Below are positions 19,485-27,993 of a DNA stretch of 64,000 bases, piece after piece; the first letter of the stretch is position 1; every line of letters begins with the position of its first letter. This stretch comes from Bdellovibrionia bacterium. GTDB taxonomy: Bacteria > Bdellovibrionota > Bdellovibrionia > Bdellovibrionales > JAUICD01. Below the pieces are notes generated by a model. It saw only the letters and a list, made by a program, of their open reading frames with translations, was not told where the DNA came from and ran no database searches. The position numbers were made by a program, and so were the translations under genes. The stretch covers positions 19,389-83,388 of the forward strand of contig JAUICD010000005.1 of NCBI GenBank assembly GCA_030427965.1, in the 5' to 3' direction.

Positions 19485-20409
19485 ATTCGATCCGCGCAAC
19501 ATCTTTTTGACTAAGTCCTTTTTGATCGATTCGTATTTGTCCGGCAGTTCGTGATTTCAATGTCGGAGACCTTGCATCTATTGAAAATGCCATTGGTCGA
19601 TAGAGCATAACAGATTCATAATCAAATTCGAATTCTCGTCCACGATACTCCGACATGAAAAAATCAGGAGCATAAGAAAACTGTGTCTCAAACCCTTGTT
19701 TTATATTTTCCCACACAACTTCAATATACTCATCACGATCGTTTCTTGAGTGTTCATGAATAAAACCCAGCGCATGCATAATTTCATGAGAAATTTCATG
19801 AAATCCACATTTGTCAGAAATAAAAATGGGCTGGTTTCCTCCAACTCTTCCTAAATAAGAAGCACAATGATCTTCAAAGGGTGCAAAAACAATTGCATCT
19901 TCATCACCTTCCTCAATTGGAACAAAGTTTATTGATGTCGTTTCATTGAAATAGCGAATAACTTCTAAAACTCTTTCTGGATTTTTAAGCCCCCTGTCTA
20001 TTCCATAGGGAATCACATTGGATTTCCAAAGACTTGGCATTGTCGCCTTTGCTAACCCCCACTGAATACCCGCTTCTGTTTGAACTTTACCCAACAACAC
20101 ATCCCCAAAAGAGATGGCCCAACCGTTAACAACTTGGAAGTCCAAATCTTTTCGACTCTTAACTTTGTAGTGTGGAACCTCTTTCTGAGTCTTGATTTTT
20201 GAATCCACTTGAGCAAGAGGCTTTTTTAGAATCAACTCTCTAGATTTTATCTTCTTTTTTTCTTGTTCTTGAATAAAAGGCTCCTCAACTTCCAATGACA
20301 AGGAAGAGAATTTCTCACCATTTTCAGAAACAGAGCTCAGCTCATCCCTATCCCACTTCCAATAAGAAAAAAGAGCTAGAAAGGCCAGTATCAAGATCCA
20401 AATTCGCAT
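19468..20409 (-). CDS. Secreted astacin-family (M12A) zinc metalloprotease
   Basis: 313-aa ORF with a signal peptide. Extended astacin zinc motif 'HEIMHALGFIHEHSRNDRD' and Met-turn 'SVMLY'. Confidence 0.85.
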   Translation of the reverse strand: MRIWILILAFLALFSYWKWDRDELSSVSENGEKFSSLSLEVEEPFIQEQEKKKIKSRELILKKPLAQVDSKIKTQKEVPHYKVKSRKDLDFQVVNGWAISFGDVLLGKVQTEAGIQWGLAKATMPSLWKSNVIPYGIDRGLKNPERVLEVIRYFNETTSINFVPIEEGDEDAIVFAPFEDHCASYLGRVGGNQPIFISDKCGFHEISHEIMHALGFIHEHSRNDRDEYIEVVWENIKQGFETQFSYAPDFFMSEYRGREFEFDYESVMLYRPMAFSIDARSPTLKSRTAGQIRIDQKGLSQKDVARIESIYGY

Positions 20410-20507
20410 ATTACAAGTGTATCAGCTTATTAAACCTCATCCAATCTACATGAATTTCTATTTTATGTAGTAGTTTTAATACCTTATAGACACTCTAAGC
20501 AAGTTAT

Positions 20508-20532
20508 TAATAATAGTTAAAAACTATTATTA
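20508..20532. promoter_or_regulatory. 11-3-11 inverted repeat containing ATAG-N7-CTAT (candidate OxyR-type operator half-site)
   Basis: The arms 'taataatagtt' and 'aactattatta' flank an 'aaa' spacer. The core ATAGTTAAAAACTAT fits the E. coli OxyR motif ATAGntnnnanCTAT. It lies about 80 nt upstream of the prx-grx ATG. Confidence 0.4.
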
Positions 20533-20612
20533 TATATGATATATGTATTTGAAACTATTGTTTGTCTAGACGATACTTAAAAAACAACTGAAATACAAAA
20601 TAGGAGGTCAGT

Positions 20613-21347
20613 ATGAGCTTAGAAGATAAAACTGGTTCACAGGTGCCAGATGTAACATTTCAAATTCGGGAAGGACACAACTGGGTTGAAAAAACAACGG
20701 ACGATTTCTTCAAAGGAAAAAAAATTGTTCTCTTTGCACTTCCAGGAGCATACACACCCACATGTTCCTCAACACACTTACCCAGGTACAATGAGCTTTA
20801 CAGCACATTCAAAGAAAATGGTGTGGATGATGTCATTTGTCTTTCAGTGAATGACACATTTGTTATGAATTCGTGGCAAAAAGAACAAAATGCACCCAAC
20901 ATCACAATGCTCCCTGATGGAAATGGTGAATTTAGCGAAAAACTTGGATTCTTGGTTGAAAAAAACGATCTGGGATTTGGAAAAAGATCTTGGCGTTACT
21001 CAATGTTGGTCAACGATGGAAAGATTGAAAAAATGTTTATTGAAAAGGAAGTTCCTGGAGATCCATTTGACACATCAAATGCTGAAACTATTTTAAAGTA
21101 CATTAATCCCAATATTGAAATTCCAAAATCTGTGACTATTTATACTCGCGAAGGATGTGAGTACTGTGCTAAAGCAAAATCACTGCTCAATCAAAAAGGC
21201 TGGGGTTACGAAGAACATGTGCTTGGAAAAGACTATTCAATCAAAACGCTTATAGCTATAAGTGGCGACACCAAAGTTCCTCAAATCTTTGCCAATGGTG
21301 AAAGAATTGGTGGTTCAGACAAACTTGAAAAGTATCTCGGAAATTGA
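20613..21347 (+). CDS. Hybrid peroxiredoxin (Prx5-type) / glutaredoxin
   Basis: 244-aa ORF with a strong RBS (AGGAGG). Prx5 motif 'PGAYTPTCS'. C-terminal Grx domain with the active site 'CEYC'. Confidence 0.9.
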   Translation: MSLEDKTGSQVPDVTFQIREGHNWVEKTTDDFFKGKKIVLFALPGAYTPTCSSTHLPRYNELYSTFKENGVDDVICLSVNDTFVMNSWQKEQNAPNITMLPDGNGEFSEKLGFLVEKNDLGFGKRSWRYSMLVNDGKIEKMFIEKEVPGDPFDTSNAETILKYINPNIEIPKSVTIYTREGCEYCAKAKSLLNQKGWGYEEHVLGKDYSIKTLIAISGDTKVPQIFANGERIGGSDKLEKYLGN

Positions 21348-21349
21348 TT

Positions 21350-22765
21350 ATGAAAAAGTACGACGTTGTAATTATAGGAGCTGGAACTTCGGGCCTTACC
21401 GCAAGGAGAGAAGTCTCTAGAAAAACAGACAATTATATTGTCGTAGATGATGGTCCATTGGGCACAACTTGTGCCCGAGTGGGCTGCATGCCCTCCAAAG
21501 TCTTGATACAGGTGGCAAATGACTACCATAGAAGATTCAAATTGTCTGAACAGGGCATTCAAGGAGGAGAATTGATACAAGTCGATTCTCAAAAAGTTAT
21601 GAGTCACGTTCGATCACTTAGGGATCGATTTGTGCGAGGTGTGACTGAAGGGGGAGAGGAATGGAAGGACAAACTCGTAAGAGGACGTGCTTATTTTGTA
21701 AACCCAAATCAATTAAAAATTGGAAATGAAACTGTTTCAGCTGATAAAATTATTGTGGCAACTGGCTCAAGACCAATTGTTCCTCCCAAATGGATCGACT
21801 TTAAAAGTCATCTTATTGATACAAACGAAATTTTTGAACTCGAAACACTACCCAAATCTCTTGCCGTGATTGGACTTGGGGTTATCGGTATTGAGTTAGG
21901 ACAAGCTCTTCACCGTATTGGTATAGATGTTGTACCAATCACGGTTGGAAAATCTATTGGTGGAGTAACCGAACCAGAACTTCAAGAATATATTTTCAAA
22001 AAACTTTCTGAAGAAATGCCAATTCATTTTAACGGGGCCGAGCTCATTGGAATAAACAAAGACAATCAACTTGAAATCCAAGTGGGCAACAAAGTTATCC
22101 ATGTAGAAAAAGCTCTCATCTCCGTTGGACGAAAGCCCAACATCGACAACCTTGGAATTGAGAATATAGGTGTGCCACTTAATGAAAGAGGATTACCTGA
22201 AGTTGATATCAATACACTTGCACTTAAAAGTGCCAACCATATTTTTCTTCCAGGTGACGTCAACGGCGATCGACCACTACTTCACGAAGCTGCAGACGAA
22301 GGGGTTATTGCAGGTCATAACTCTGTTCATGACAACACAACATGCTTCAAAAGACGAACACCCCTAGGGATTACGTTCTCTGATCCCAATATTGCTACTG
22401 TTGGCAAAAGACACAATCAGCTTCTACAAGAAGACGTCGATTTTATTACAGGCTCTGTCAGTTTTGAAGGACAGGGTCGAAGTATTGTAAAACTAAAAGA
22501 AATTGGAAAACTACATATCTATGCAAATAAACACGATGGAAAAATTTTAGGTGCAGAAATGATGGCACCCGATGGTGAACACATTGCACATCTTATTTCT
22601 TGGGCTATATCGCTTAACCTAGATGTATATGAAGCATTGAAACTCCCATTTTACCATCCTGTAACTGAAGAAGGTTTGCGCACCGCACTTCGTGATGCTG
22701 CCAAGAAAATTGACTCCAGCTCCAAACACGAATTGTTCCGGTGCCAGGATCCTCCAATTAGATAA
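21350..22765 (+). CDS. Class I flavoprotein disulfide reductase (dihydrolipoamide dehydrogenase / glutathione reductase family)
   Basis: The ATG lies 2 nt after the prx-grx stop. 'VVIIGAGTSG', redox disulfide 'CARVGC' and C-terminal His-Glu motif 'HPVTEE'. Confidence 0.8.
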   Translation: MKKYDVVIIGAGTSGLTARREVSRKTDNYIVVDDGPLGTTCARVGCMPSKVLIQVANDYHRRFKLSEQGIQGGELIQVDSQKVMSHVRSLRDRFVRGVTEGGEEWKDKLVRGRAYFVNPNQLKIGNETVSADKIIVATGSRPIVPPKWIDFKSHLIDTNEIFELETLPKSLAVIGLGVIGIELGQALHRIGIDVVPITVGKSIGGVTEPELQEYIFKKLSEEMPIHFNGAELIGINKDNQLEIQVGNKVIHVEKALISVGRKPNIDNLGIENIGVPLNERGLPEVDINTLALKSANHIFLPGDVNGDRPLLHEAADEGVIAGHNSVHDNTTCFKRRTPLGITFSDPNIATVGKRHNQLLQEDVDFITGSVSFEGQGRSIVKLKEIGKLHIYANKHDGKILGAEMMAPDGEHIAHLISWAISLNLDVYEALKLPFYHPVTEEGLRTALRDAAKKIDSSSKHELFRCQDPPIR

Positions 22766-22775
22766 GGGATAAGAG

Positions 22776-23714
22776 ATGCCAACACTCACTCAACTTGAAT
22801 ATGTTCTCGCCGTTGACAAGGAAAAACACTTTGGACGAGCCGCCGAGAGTCGAAATGTTTCACAACCCTCACTTTCTGCACAAGTTCAGAAAGTTGAAGA
22901 AGAACTTGGAGTTACAATTTTTGATAGAACAAAGAAACCAATTTTAACAACACGCGAAGGTGAAAAAATTATCTTACAAGCACGAACAATACTAAGGGAG
23001 TACAAACATCTCTTTGATCTTATTCCGCAAGATGGACAAATTTTAGGTGATTTCTCTCTTGGCATAATACCAACACTTTCTCCTTATATTTTACCTCTAT
23101 TCATAGAATCATTTTCAAAAACCTATCCTCTAGTAAAACTCGACATTCATGAACTTCAAACAAAAGACATCATAACAAAACTTGAGAAAGATGAACTCGA
23201 TGGAGCTATACTCGTTACGCCTCTTTTAGAAAAAGGAATTCAAGAAATTCCTCTTTTCAATGAGCCATTTAAAATTTATCTCTCTAAAAACAGTTTGCTT
23301 CGAGAGAAAAATCAAATTTCTGAATCTGACTTAGAAAGTGAATCTGTTTGGCTTTTAAGTGAAGGTCACTGCTTCCGTGATCAAATACTAAAAATTTGTA
23401 CGTCTCAACAAAATATGCAAAACCTTAGAAATGTCAGCTTTCAAAGCGGAAGCATAGAAACCTTAATGAATCTTATAAAAAGGGGAAGTGGTTACACACT
23501 CATTCCTGATCTTGCTTCACGAAATCTTTCCAAACGAGAGTATAAGGATCATATCAGACATTTCCAAGACCCTACCCCAACTCGAGAGGTGAGTTTTGTC
23601 CACAGTCGCTCTATTTTAAAAAAGGCTATTATTGATGCGTTAGTAAATGAAATACGCCTAAGTATTCCTCAAGATCTTAGCGAAGATAAAAATACACGAG
23701 TTATTCCAGTGTAA
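22776..23714 (+). CDS. oxyR: LysR-family peroxide-sensing regulator OxyR
   Basis: 312-aa ORF with an N-terminal LysR HTH. 'EGHCFRDQILKIC' reproduces the Cys199-x8-Cys208 spacing of E. coli OxyR ('GHCLRDQAMGFC'). Confidence 0.85.
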   Translation: MPTLTQLEYVLAVDKEKHFGRAAESRNVSQPSLSAQVQKVEEELGVTIFDRTKKPILTTREGEKIILQARTILREYKHLFDLIPQDGQILGDFSLGIIPTLSPYILPLFIESFSKTYPLVKLDIHELQTKDIITKLEKDELDGAILVTPLLEKGIQEIPLFNEPFKIYLSKNSLLREKNQISESDLESESVWLLSEGHCFRDQILKICTSQQNMQNLRNVSFQSGSIETLMNLIKRGSGYTLIPDLASRNLSKREYKDHIRHFQDPTPTREVSFVHSRSILKKAIIDALVNEIRLSIPQDLSEDKNTRVIPV

Positions 23715-23875
23715 ACAAAAGCTCAAATGACACGGGGGGCTGGGGTATGGCGCTATTTATAAATCGTTAAGGATAGGTACAAATTAAAACGCTTGAGCCA
23801 TTGAAACATAAATAATATTTGATCATTTCCAGAGAAACCTCTGGTATACAGTGATTCATTAAAAAGGAGATAGAC

Positions 23876-24478
23876 ATGTTAAAGGTAGGAATATTAGTTT
23901 TTACGCTTACACTTAGTACCATTGCTTTCGGATCAAATGTAGATCTTAACAAAAGTAAGGCCACCTGGAAAGGGTCTAAAGTTGTCGGAAGTACTCACAC
24001 AGGTGAAGTTAAAATTCAATCTGCAAGTGTTGATTACTTAAAAGATACACCGAAATCTGCAAATGTAGTCATAGATATGTCCACAATTACAAACACAGAT
24101 CTCACAGATCCAAAATGGAATGCCAAACTTGTTGGGCACCTAAAATCTGACGACTTTTTTGGAGTAAAAAAACACAAGACAAGCTCATTGAAAGTCACAG
24201 AAATTCAATCTCTGAAAAGTGGTCAGTTTAAAGGAAAAGGAGAACTCACTATCAAAGGTGAAACCAAAAAAATCGACTTTACTGCATCCACTGTAAAAGA
24301 AACACCAAAAACACATGTGATAAAAGCAGATCTTGTTTTTGATCGAACAGATTTTGGAATCAAATACGGGTCCGGAAAGTTCTTCGACAATCTTGGAGAC
24401 AAAATGATCTCTGATAAAGTAAAGGTAACAGTTGAGCTTCACATCGCAAAAGGTAATACAAACGTCTCTAGTTTGTAG
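23876..24478 (+). CDS. YceI-family periplasmic (polyisoprenoid-binding-like) protein
   Basis: 200-aa ORF with an AGGAGA RBS and a signal peptide. 'ATWKGSKVVGSTHTGEV' and 'FGIKYG' are typical of YceI. Confidence 0.8.
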   Translation: MLKVGILVFTLTLSTIAFGSNVDLNKSKATWKGSKVVGSTHTGEVKIQSASVDYLKDTPKSANVVIDMSTITNTDLTDPKWNAKLVGHLKSDDFFGVKKHKTSSLKVTEIQSLKSGQFKGKGELTIKGETKKIDFTASTVKETPKTHVIKADLVFDRTDFGIKYGSGKFFDNLGDKMISDKVKVTVELHIAKGNTNVSSL

Positions 24479-24486
24479 ATCGATAA

Positions 24487-24515
24487 ACAGGACGAACTGA
24501 GCCAGTTCGTCCTGT
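24487..24515. terminator. Stem-loop between convergent genes
   Basis: 13-bp perfect stem acaggacgaactg / cagttcgtcctgt with a 3-nt loop. Confidence 0.5.
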
Positions 24516-24535
24516 AGAATTTAGAAGTTGGTTTA

Positions 24536-25036
24536 TTACTTTAAATAATCACTCAAAGTCGCTGCAAATACAGAAGGCAATCCCACAATAACAGATCGCC
24601 GTATAGCCAAATTTAAATCTGTAAATATTGGTAATTTGTCAATCAGCAGAAGAATCATCGAGGCACTCAATAGGGTAATAATATACGTGGCAAGAATTCG
24701 TTTTATAAACTGAATTATATTTCCCTTCAACCTGCCACGGTAAAAATTAAAATAAATGAAGAGGGTTACCGTCAAAGATGATACCAAACTCATTAGTATA
24801 ATTTTTTGATCACTCAACTCTTTACTTATGATCCAAACCTCTTCTGTAAAACTAAGAGGAGTCGCCATAAGCAACGAACCAATCATAATTTGAAGAATAT
24901 CACGTGGCTTTAACTCCACCATTAGTGGATTCATTATATGAGAAATTGGTTTTCCAGAAGCATCAAAGAACGTGGTCACTTCTTTTAAGTACCCATTGAC
25001 CCGTCTTACTTCAGATTTGATATTATTGACATCCAT
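24536..25036 (-). CDS. Integral membrane protein of unknown function (possibly DUF2391-like)
   Basis: 166-aa ORF with 4 hydrophobic segments. 'MATPLSFTEEVW' is reminiscent of DUF2391. Confidence 0.45.
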   Translation of the reverse strand: MDVNNIKSEVRRVNGYLKEVTTFFDASGKPISHIMNPLMVELKPRDILQIMIGSLLMATPLSFTEEVWIISKELSDQKIILMSLVSSLTVTLFIYFNFYRGRLKGNIIQFIKRILATYIITLLSASMILLLIDKLPIFTDLNLAIRRSVIVGLPSVFAATLSDYLK

Positions 25037-25071
25037 TCATCCCCCGATACAAATAAAAGCTTTCGCTGTCT

Positions 25072-26427
25072 TTATCCAAATTCCTCGTTTATAATACGAG
25101 TTCTATAGTCAAATATTTTACAAATATCCTTTCGAATAAACCAATTGGCAAAATTTCCTCCAAAGCCAGCTAAGGGCAATTGATACACAACTTTATCCGT
25201 TACCGAAGTTCCCTCAGCAAGGCTTTGGAACTCATGTGAATGTTCCCACTTTTTATATGGACCACTCGATTGTGTGTCTTGAAATTTCTCATCAGGAGAC
25301 CAATTGGTAATTTGGGACTTCCACTTTACCGGAAAGCCATGAATTTTTAGTTTATAAGAAATTTTAGTTCCCTCTTGAATTTGATCTGTTGATTTATTCA
25401 ATACTTTAAAAGTTAAAAACTCAGGTGTTATTTTCTCTAAATTTTTTTCATTGGAAAAGAACGAAAACACGTCAGATAATCTTGAAGGCACCCACGTTTC
25501 TGAATAAAACATTCGATCGTTCTTATCACCCACCCAATCAAAAATCTCAGACAAAGCTATCTCCAGTTTGGGATATAGAAAATCAAAGCCCTTAAGGTTT
25601 TTAGACTCAACCCTATGAGAAGCTAAAACAATTTTTGACATCTCTCCTTTTATCAATTTTAAAATCGCCTTAGGAACGGGTAAAAAACCCCGCACTCGCA
25701 AAGCCATATTTAAGTTTTTCGTAAACTCTATATTTTGAACGGGATGGGGAGCCACTGCATTTAAAATTTCAACAGGATTTTTCAAAAGGTGATCCAACAG
25801 ACGGATCAAATCTGTTAAATGAATCCAACTCATCCATTGTTCTCCTGAACCCAATGCCCCACCAAGGCCATTTTGAAAAATAGGAGTCATTTCTTCGATA
25901 GCACCTCCCTTGGAAGACAACACCACACCAATTCTTGGAGTACACGTATGCCCCTTAAAAGATTTCGCCTCTTCTTCCCATTTGTTACATAGGTCTCCTA
26001 AAAAATCTCCCCGAGTCGTAGCACTACCTTCATTCAAAGGCCTATCTCCTTGATCTCCATAAATTCCAATTGCTGAAGCTGAAATCAAGGTTTTACATTT
26101 TTCAGATTTATTTAAAGCCGAAACAAGATTGCGAGTGCTCAGTATACGAGAGTCATAAAGCTCCTTCTTAACATTCTTTGTCCAACGCCTTGCTGCCAAA
26201 TTCTCACCCATCAAATGGATTGCCGCATCAACGTTTAAAACCGAAACTGGTGGCTCTGTGTTTTTGGGATCAAGCCATTGATAGTATTCACAAGGTAGGA
26301 AAAATTTTTTCCGAAACTTTGCTTCATCACTTCTACCCGTTGCAACAATGCTATGACCCTGCTTCAACAAAAGCTTCGACAATTCCATTCCAACAAGGCC
26401 TGATGCTCCGGTGATCAGTACTTTCAT
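25072..26427 (-). CDS. TIGR01777/YfcH-type NAD-dependent epimerase-like SDR fused to a C-terminal SRPBCC-like domain
   Basis: ATG 26427 is preceded by a GGAGA sequence. 'MKVLITGASGLVG'. A C-terminal domain of about 150 aa is rich in beta-strand-like sequence. Confidence 0.7.
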   Translation of the reverse strand: MKVLITGASGLVGMELSKLLLKQGHSIVATGRSDEAKFRKKFFLPCEYYQWLDPKNTEPPVSVLNVDAAIHLMGENLAARRWTKNVKKELYDSRILSTRNLVSALNKSEKCKTLISASAIGIYGDQGDRPLNEGSATTRGDFLGDLCNKWEEEAKSFKGHTCTPRIGVVLSSKGGAIEEMTPIFQNGLGGALGSGEQWMSWIHLTDLIRLLDHLLKNPVEILNAVAPHPVQNIEFTKNLNMALRVRGFLPVPKAILKLIKGEMSKIVLASHRVESKNLKGFDFLYPKLEIALSEIFDWVGDKNDRMFYSETWVPSRLSDVFSFFSNEKNLEKITPEFLTFKVLNKSTDQIQEGTKISYKLKIHGFPVKWKSQITNWSPDEKFQDTQSSGPYKKWEHSHEFQSLAEGTSVTDKVVYQLPLAGFGGNFANWFIRKDICKIFDYRTRIINEEFG

Positions 26428-26546
26428 TTTATCTCCCACACTCTTTTAACATAAAGATATCAAGAGAACATTTAAAAACCCTGAGAAGGAGTTTGTTACG
26501 CCTGGTCATTGCATCAAAGTTAGGTGAACTATAGAATTGCCACTGT

Positions 26547-27299
26547 ATGAGTGAAAACTTCCTAGAGAAAATACTTATTTTTACCGACGGGGCATGTTCC
26601 GGCAATCCAGGCCCTGGTGGATACGGATCTGTCATTGTTTTTCCTGATGGACGGGTCAGTGAACTCGGCGGAGGCATGTCTTCAACCACAAACAATCAAA
26701 TGGAAATTCTGGCTGTCTCCAAAGCACTGAAGTTCATTGAAGGTGAAAAGGGAGATGTTTGGGTGCTAACAGATTCCACCTATGTCATTCGAGGTATCAC
26801 CCAATGGATTTGGGGATGGAAAAAAAGAGGATGGACAACTGCTGAAGGAAATCCTGTAAATAATATTGATTTTTGGAAAGAACTTGAAAGAAATGTTTTA
26901 AATCGAAAATCTACTGGGAAAGTGGAATGGAAATATGTACGTGGTCATACAAATGTTCCCGGAAACGAAAGATGTGATGAGATTGCAGTTTCTTATTCAA
27001 AAAAGAAATTTGTACCACTTTTTTCAGGCACACTCCTTGATTATTCAATCCCGATACATGATATCCCTGAAGATCTTTCGTTACCCCCAATGAAATCCTC
27101 TAATGAACCAAAGAAAAAAGCTCACTCTTACTTAAGCTATGTAAACGGCGAGCTCAAAAGACATAAAACTTGGCCTGAATGCGAAGCTGTTGTTAAAGGA
27201 AGACGAGGAGCAAAATTTAAAAAATCCACGTCACCTGAAAATGAAGTTGAGATCATCAAAGAATGGGGACTAAGTCCAGGTAAGTTACCTCGCTCTTGA
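26547..27299 (+). CDS. rnhA: Ribonuclease HI with a C-terminal hybrid-binding (HBD, caulimovirus VI/L9-like) domain
   Basis: 'FTDGACSGNPGPGGYG', 'NNQMEILAV', 'TDSTYV' and 'GHTNVPGNERCDEIA' are the DEDD plus His motifs. The C-terminal 'YVNGELKRHKTWPECEAVVKGRRGAKFKKSTS' matches the HBD consensus. Confidence 0.85.
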   Translation: MSENFLEKILIFTDGACSGNPGPGGYGSVIVFPDGRVSELGGGMSSTTNNQMEILAVSKALKFIEGEKGDVWVLTDSTYVIRGITQWIWGWKKRGWTTAEGNPVNNIDFWKELERNVLNRKSTGKVEWKYVRGHTNVPGNERCDEIAVSYSKKKFVPLFSGTLLDYSIPIHDIPEDLSLPPMKSSNEPKKKAHSYLSYVNGELKRHKTWPECEAVVKGRRGAKFKKSTSPENEVEIIKEWGLSPGKLPRS

Positions 27300-27947
27300 G
27301 TGTCTGAATTTTCATTGCTATTCTCAAAAACAATGAATTCACCCATACTAAAAATCGTACTGATTCCCATATACTTTAGCGCCTCATGGTTTATACCCTG
27401 GCCAGATTATGAGCTTTTTGGAATTTTTCCAACTTACCTGATATTTGATCTCCTTTTCTCTCTCATCATCTTGAGCCTCATGAAGTCAAAGGAATTCAAC
27501 TCTGTACCCACAAAGGATCTTTTAAGATATTCTCTTGGAGCCACAGTTTTTTCGGTTATATGCATTGGAATGATTTACATCGCTGGATTTGTAACTCCCT
27601 TTAAATTCATTTCCGGGTACGAATACAAACTTATTATTTTTGCACCTATAATTGAAGAGCTTTTATTTCGAGGCGCTTTCCATCGTGTTTATCGATCCTT
27701 AACTCAAAACAGAACACATATTGTATTTTTCTCAGGGCTCATCTTCTCTGTTTCACACGCCTATTCCCTGCTTCATACTCCTGACATGTATCGTCCATTT
27801 TTGATTTTTCAGGTAGCCTATACGTTTATACTCGGAGCTCTGCTTGGGTTTTTGTATGAAAAGTACAAAAACATTCTTTTACCAATTTTTATACATTTCA
27901 TATTCAATCTGATCTTTCTACTGGCTCTAGAGTGTGAATATCTGTAG
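27300..27947 (+). CDS. CPBP-family intramembrane glutamic endopeptidase (CAAX protease-like)
   Basis: 215-aa polytopic ORF. Motifs 'EELLFRG', 'FSVSHA' and 'HFIFN'. The start is uncertain: GTG 27300 or ATG 27333. Confidence 0.75.
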   Translation: MSEFSLLFSKTMNSPILKIVLIPIYFSASWFIPWPDYELFGIFPTYLIFDLLFSLIILSLMKSKEFNSVPTKDLLRYSLGATVFSVICIGMIYIAGFVTPFKFISGYEYKLIIFAPIIEELLFRGAFHRVYRSLTQNRTHIVFFSGLIFSVSHAYSLLHTPDMYRPFLIFQVAYTFILGALLGFLYEKYKNILLPIFIHFIFNLIFLLALECEYL

Positions 27948-27993
27948 CATTTTTCTTGCGAAGCCCTATGACACGATATAATGTTCAATTGCT

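Noticed and set aside
20410-20612. The AT-rich 200-nt spacer with TATATA runs and dyads as a replication origin
   Set aside because: I saw no DnaA-box-like (TTATCCACA) repeats and no dnaA or dnaN nearby. It is better explained as a promoter and operator region of the prx-grx unit.
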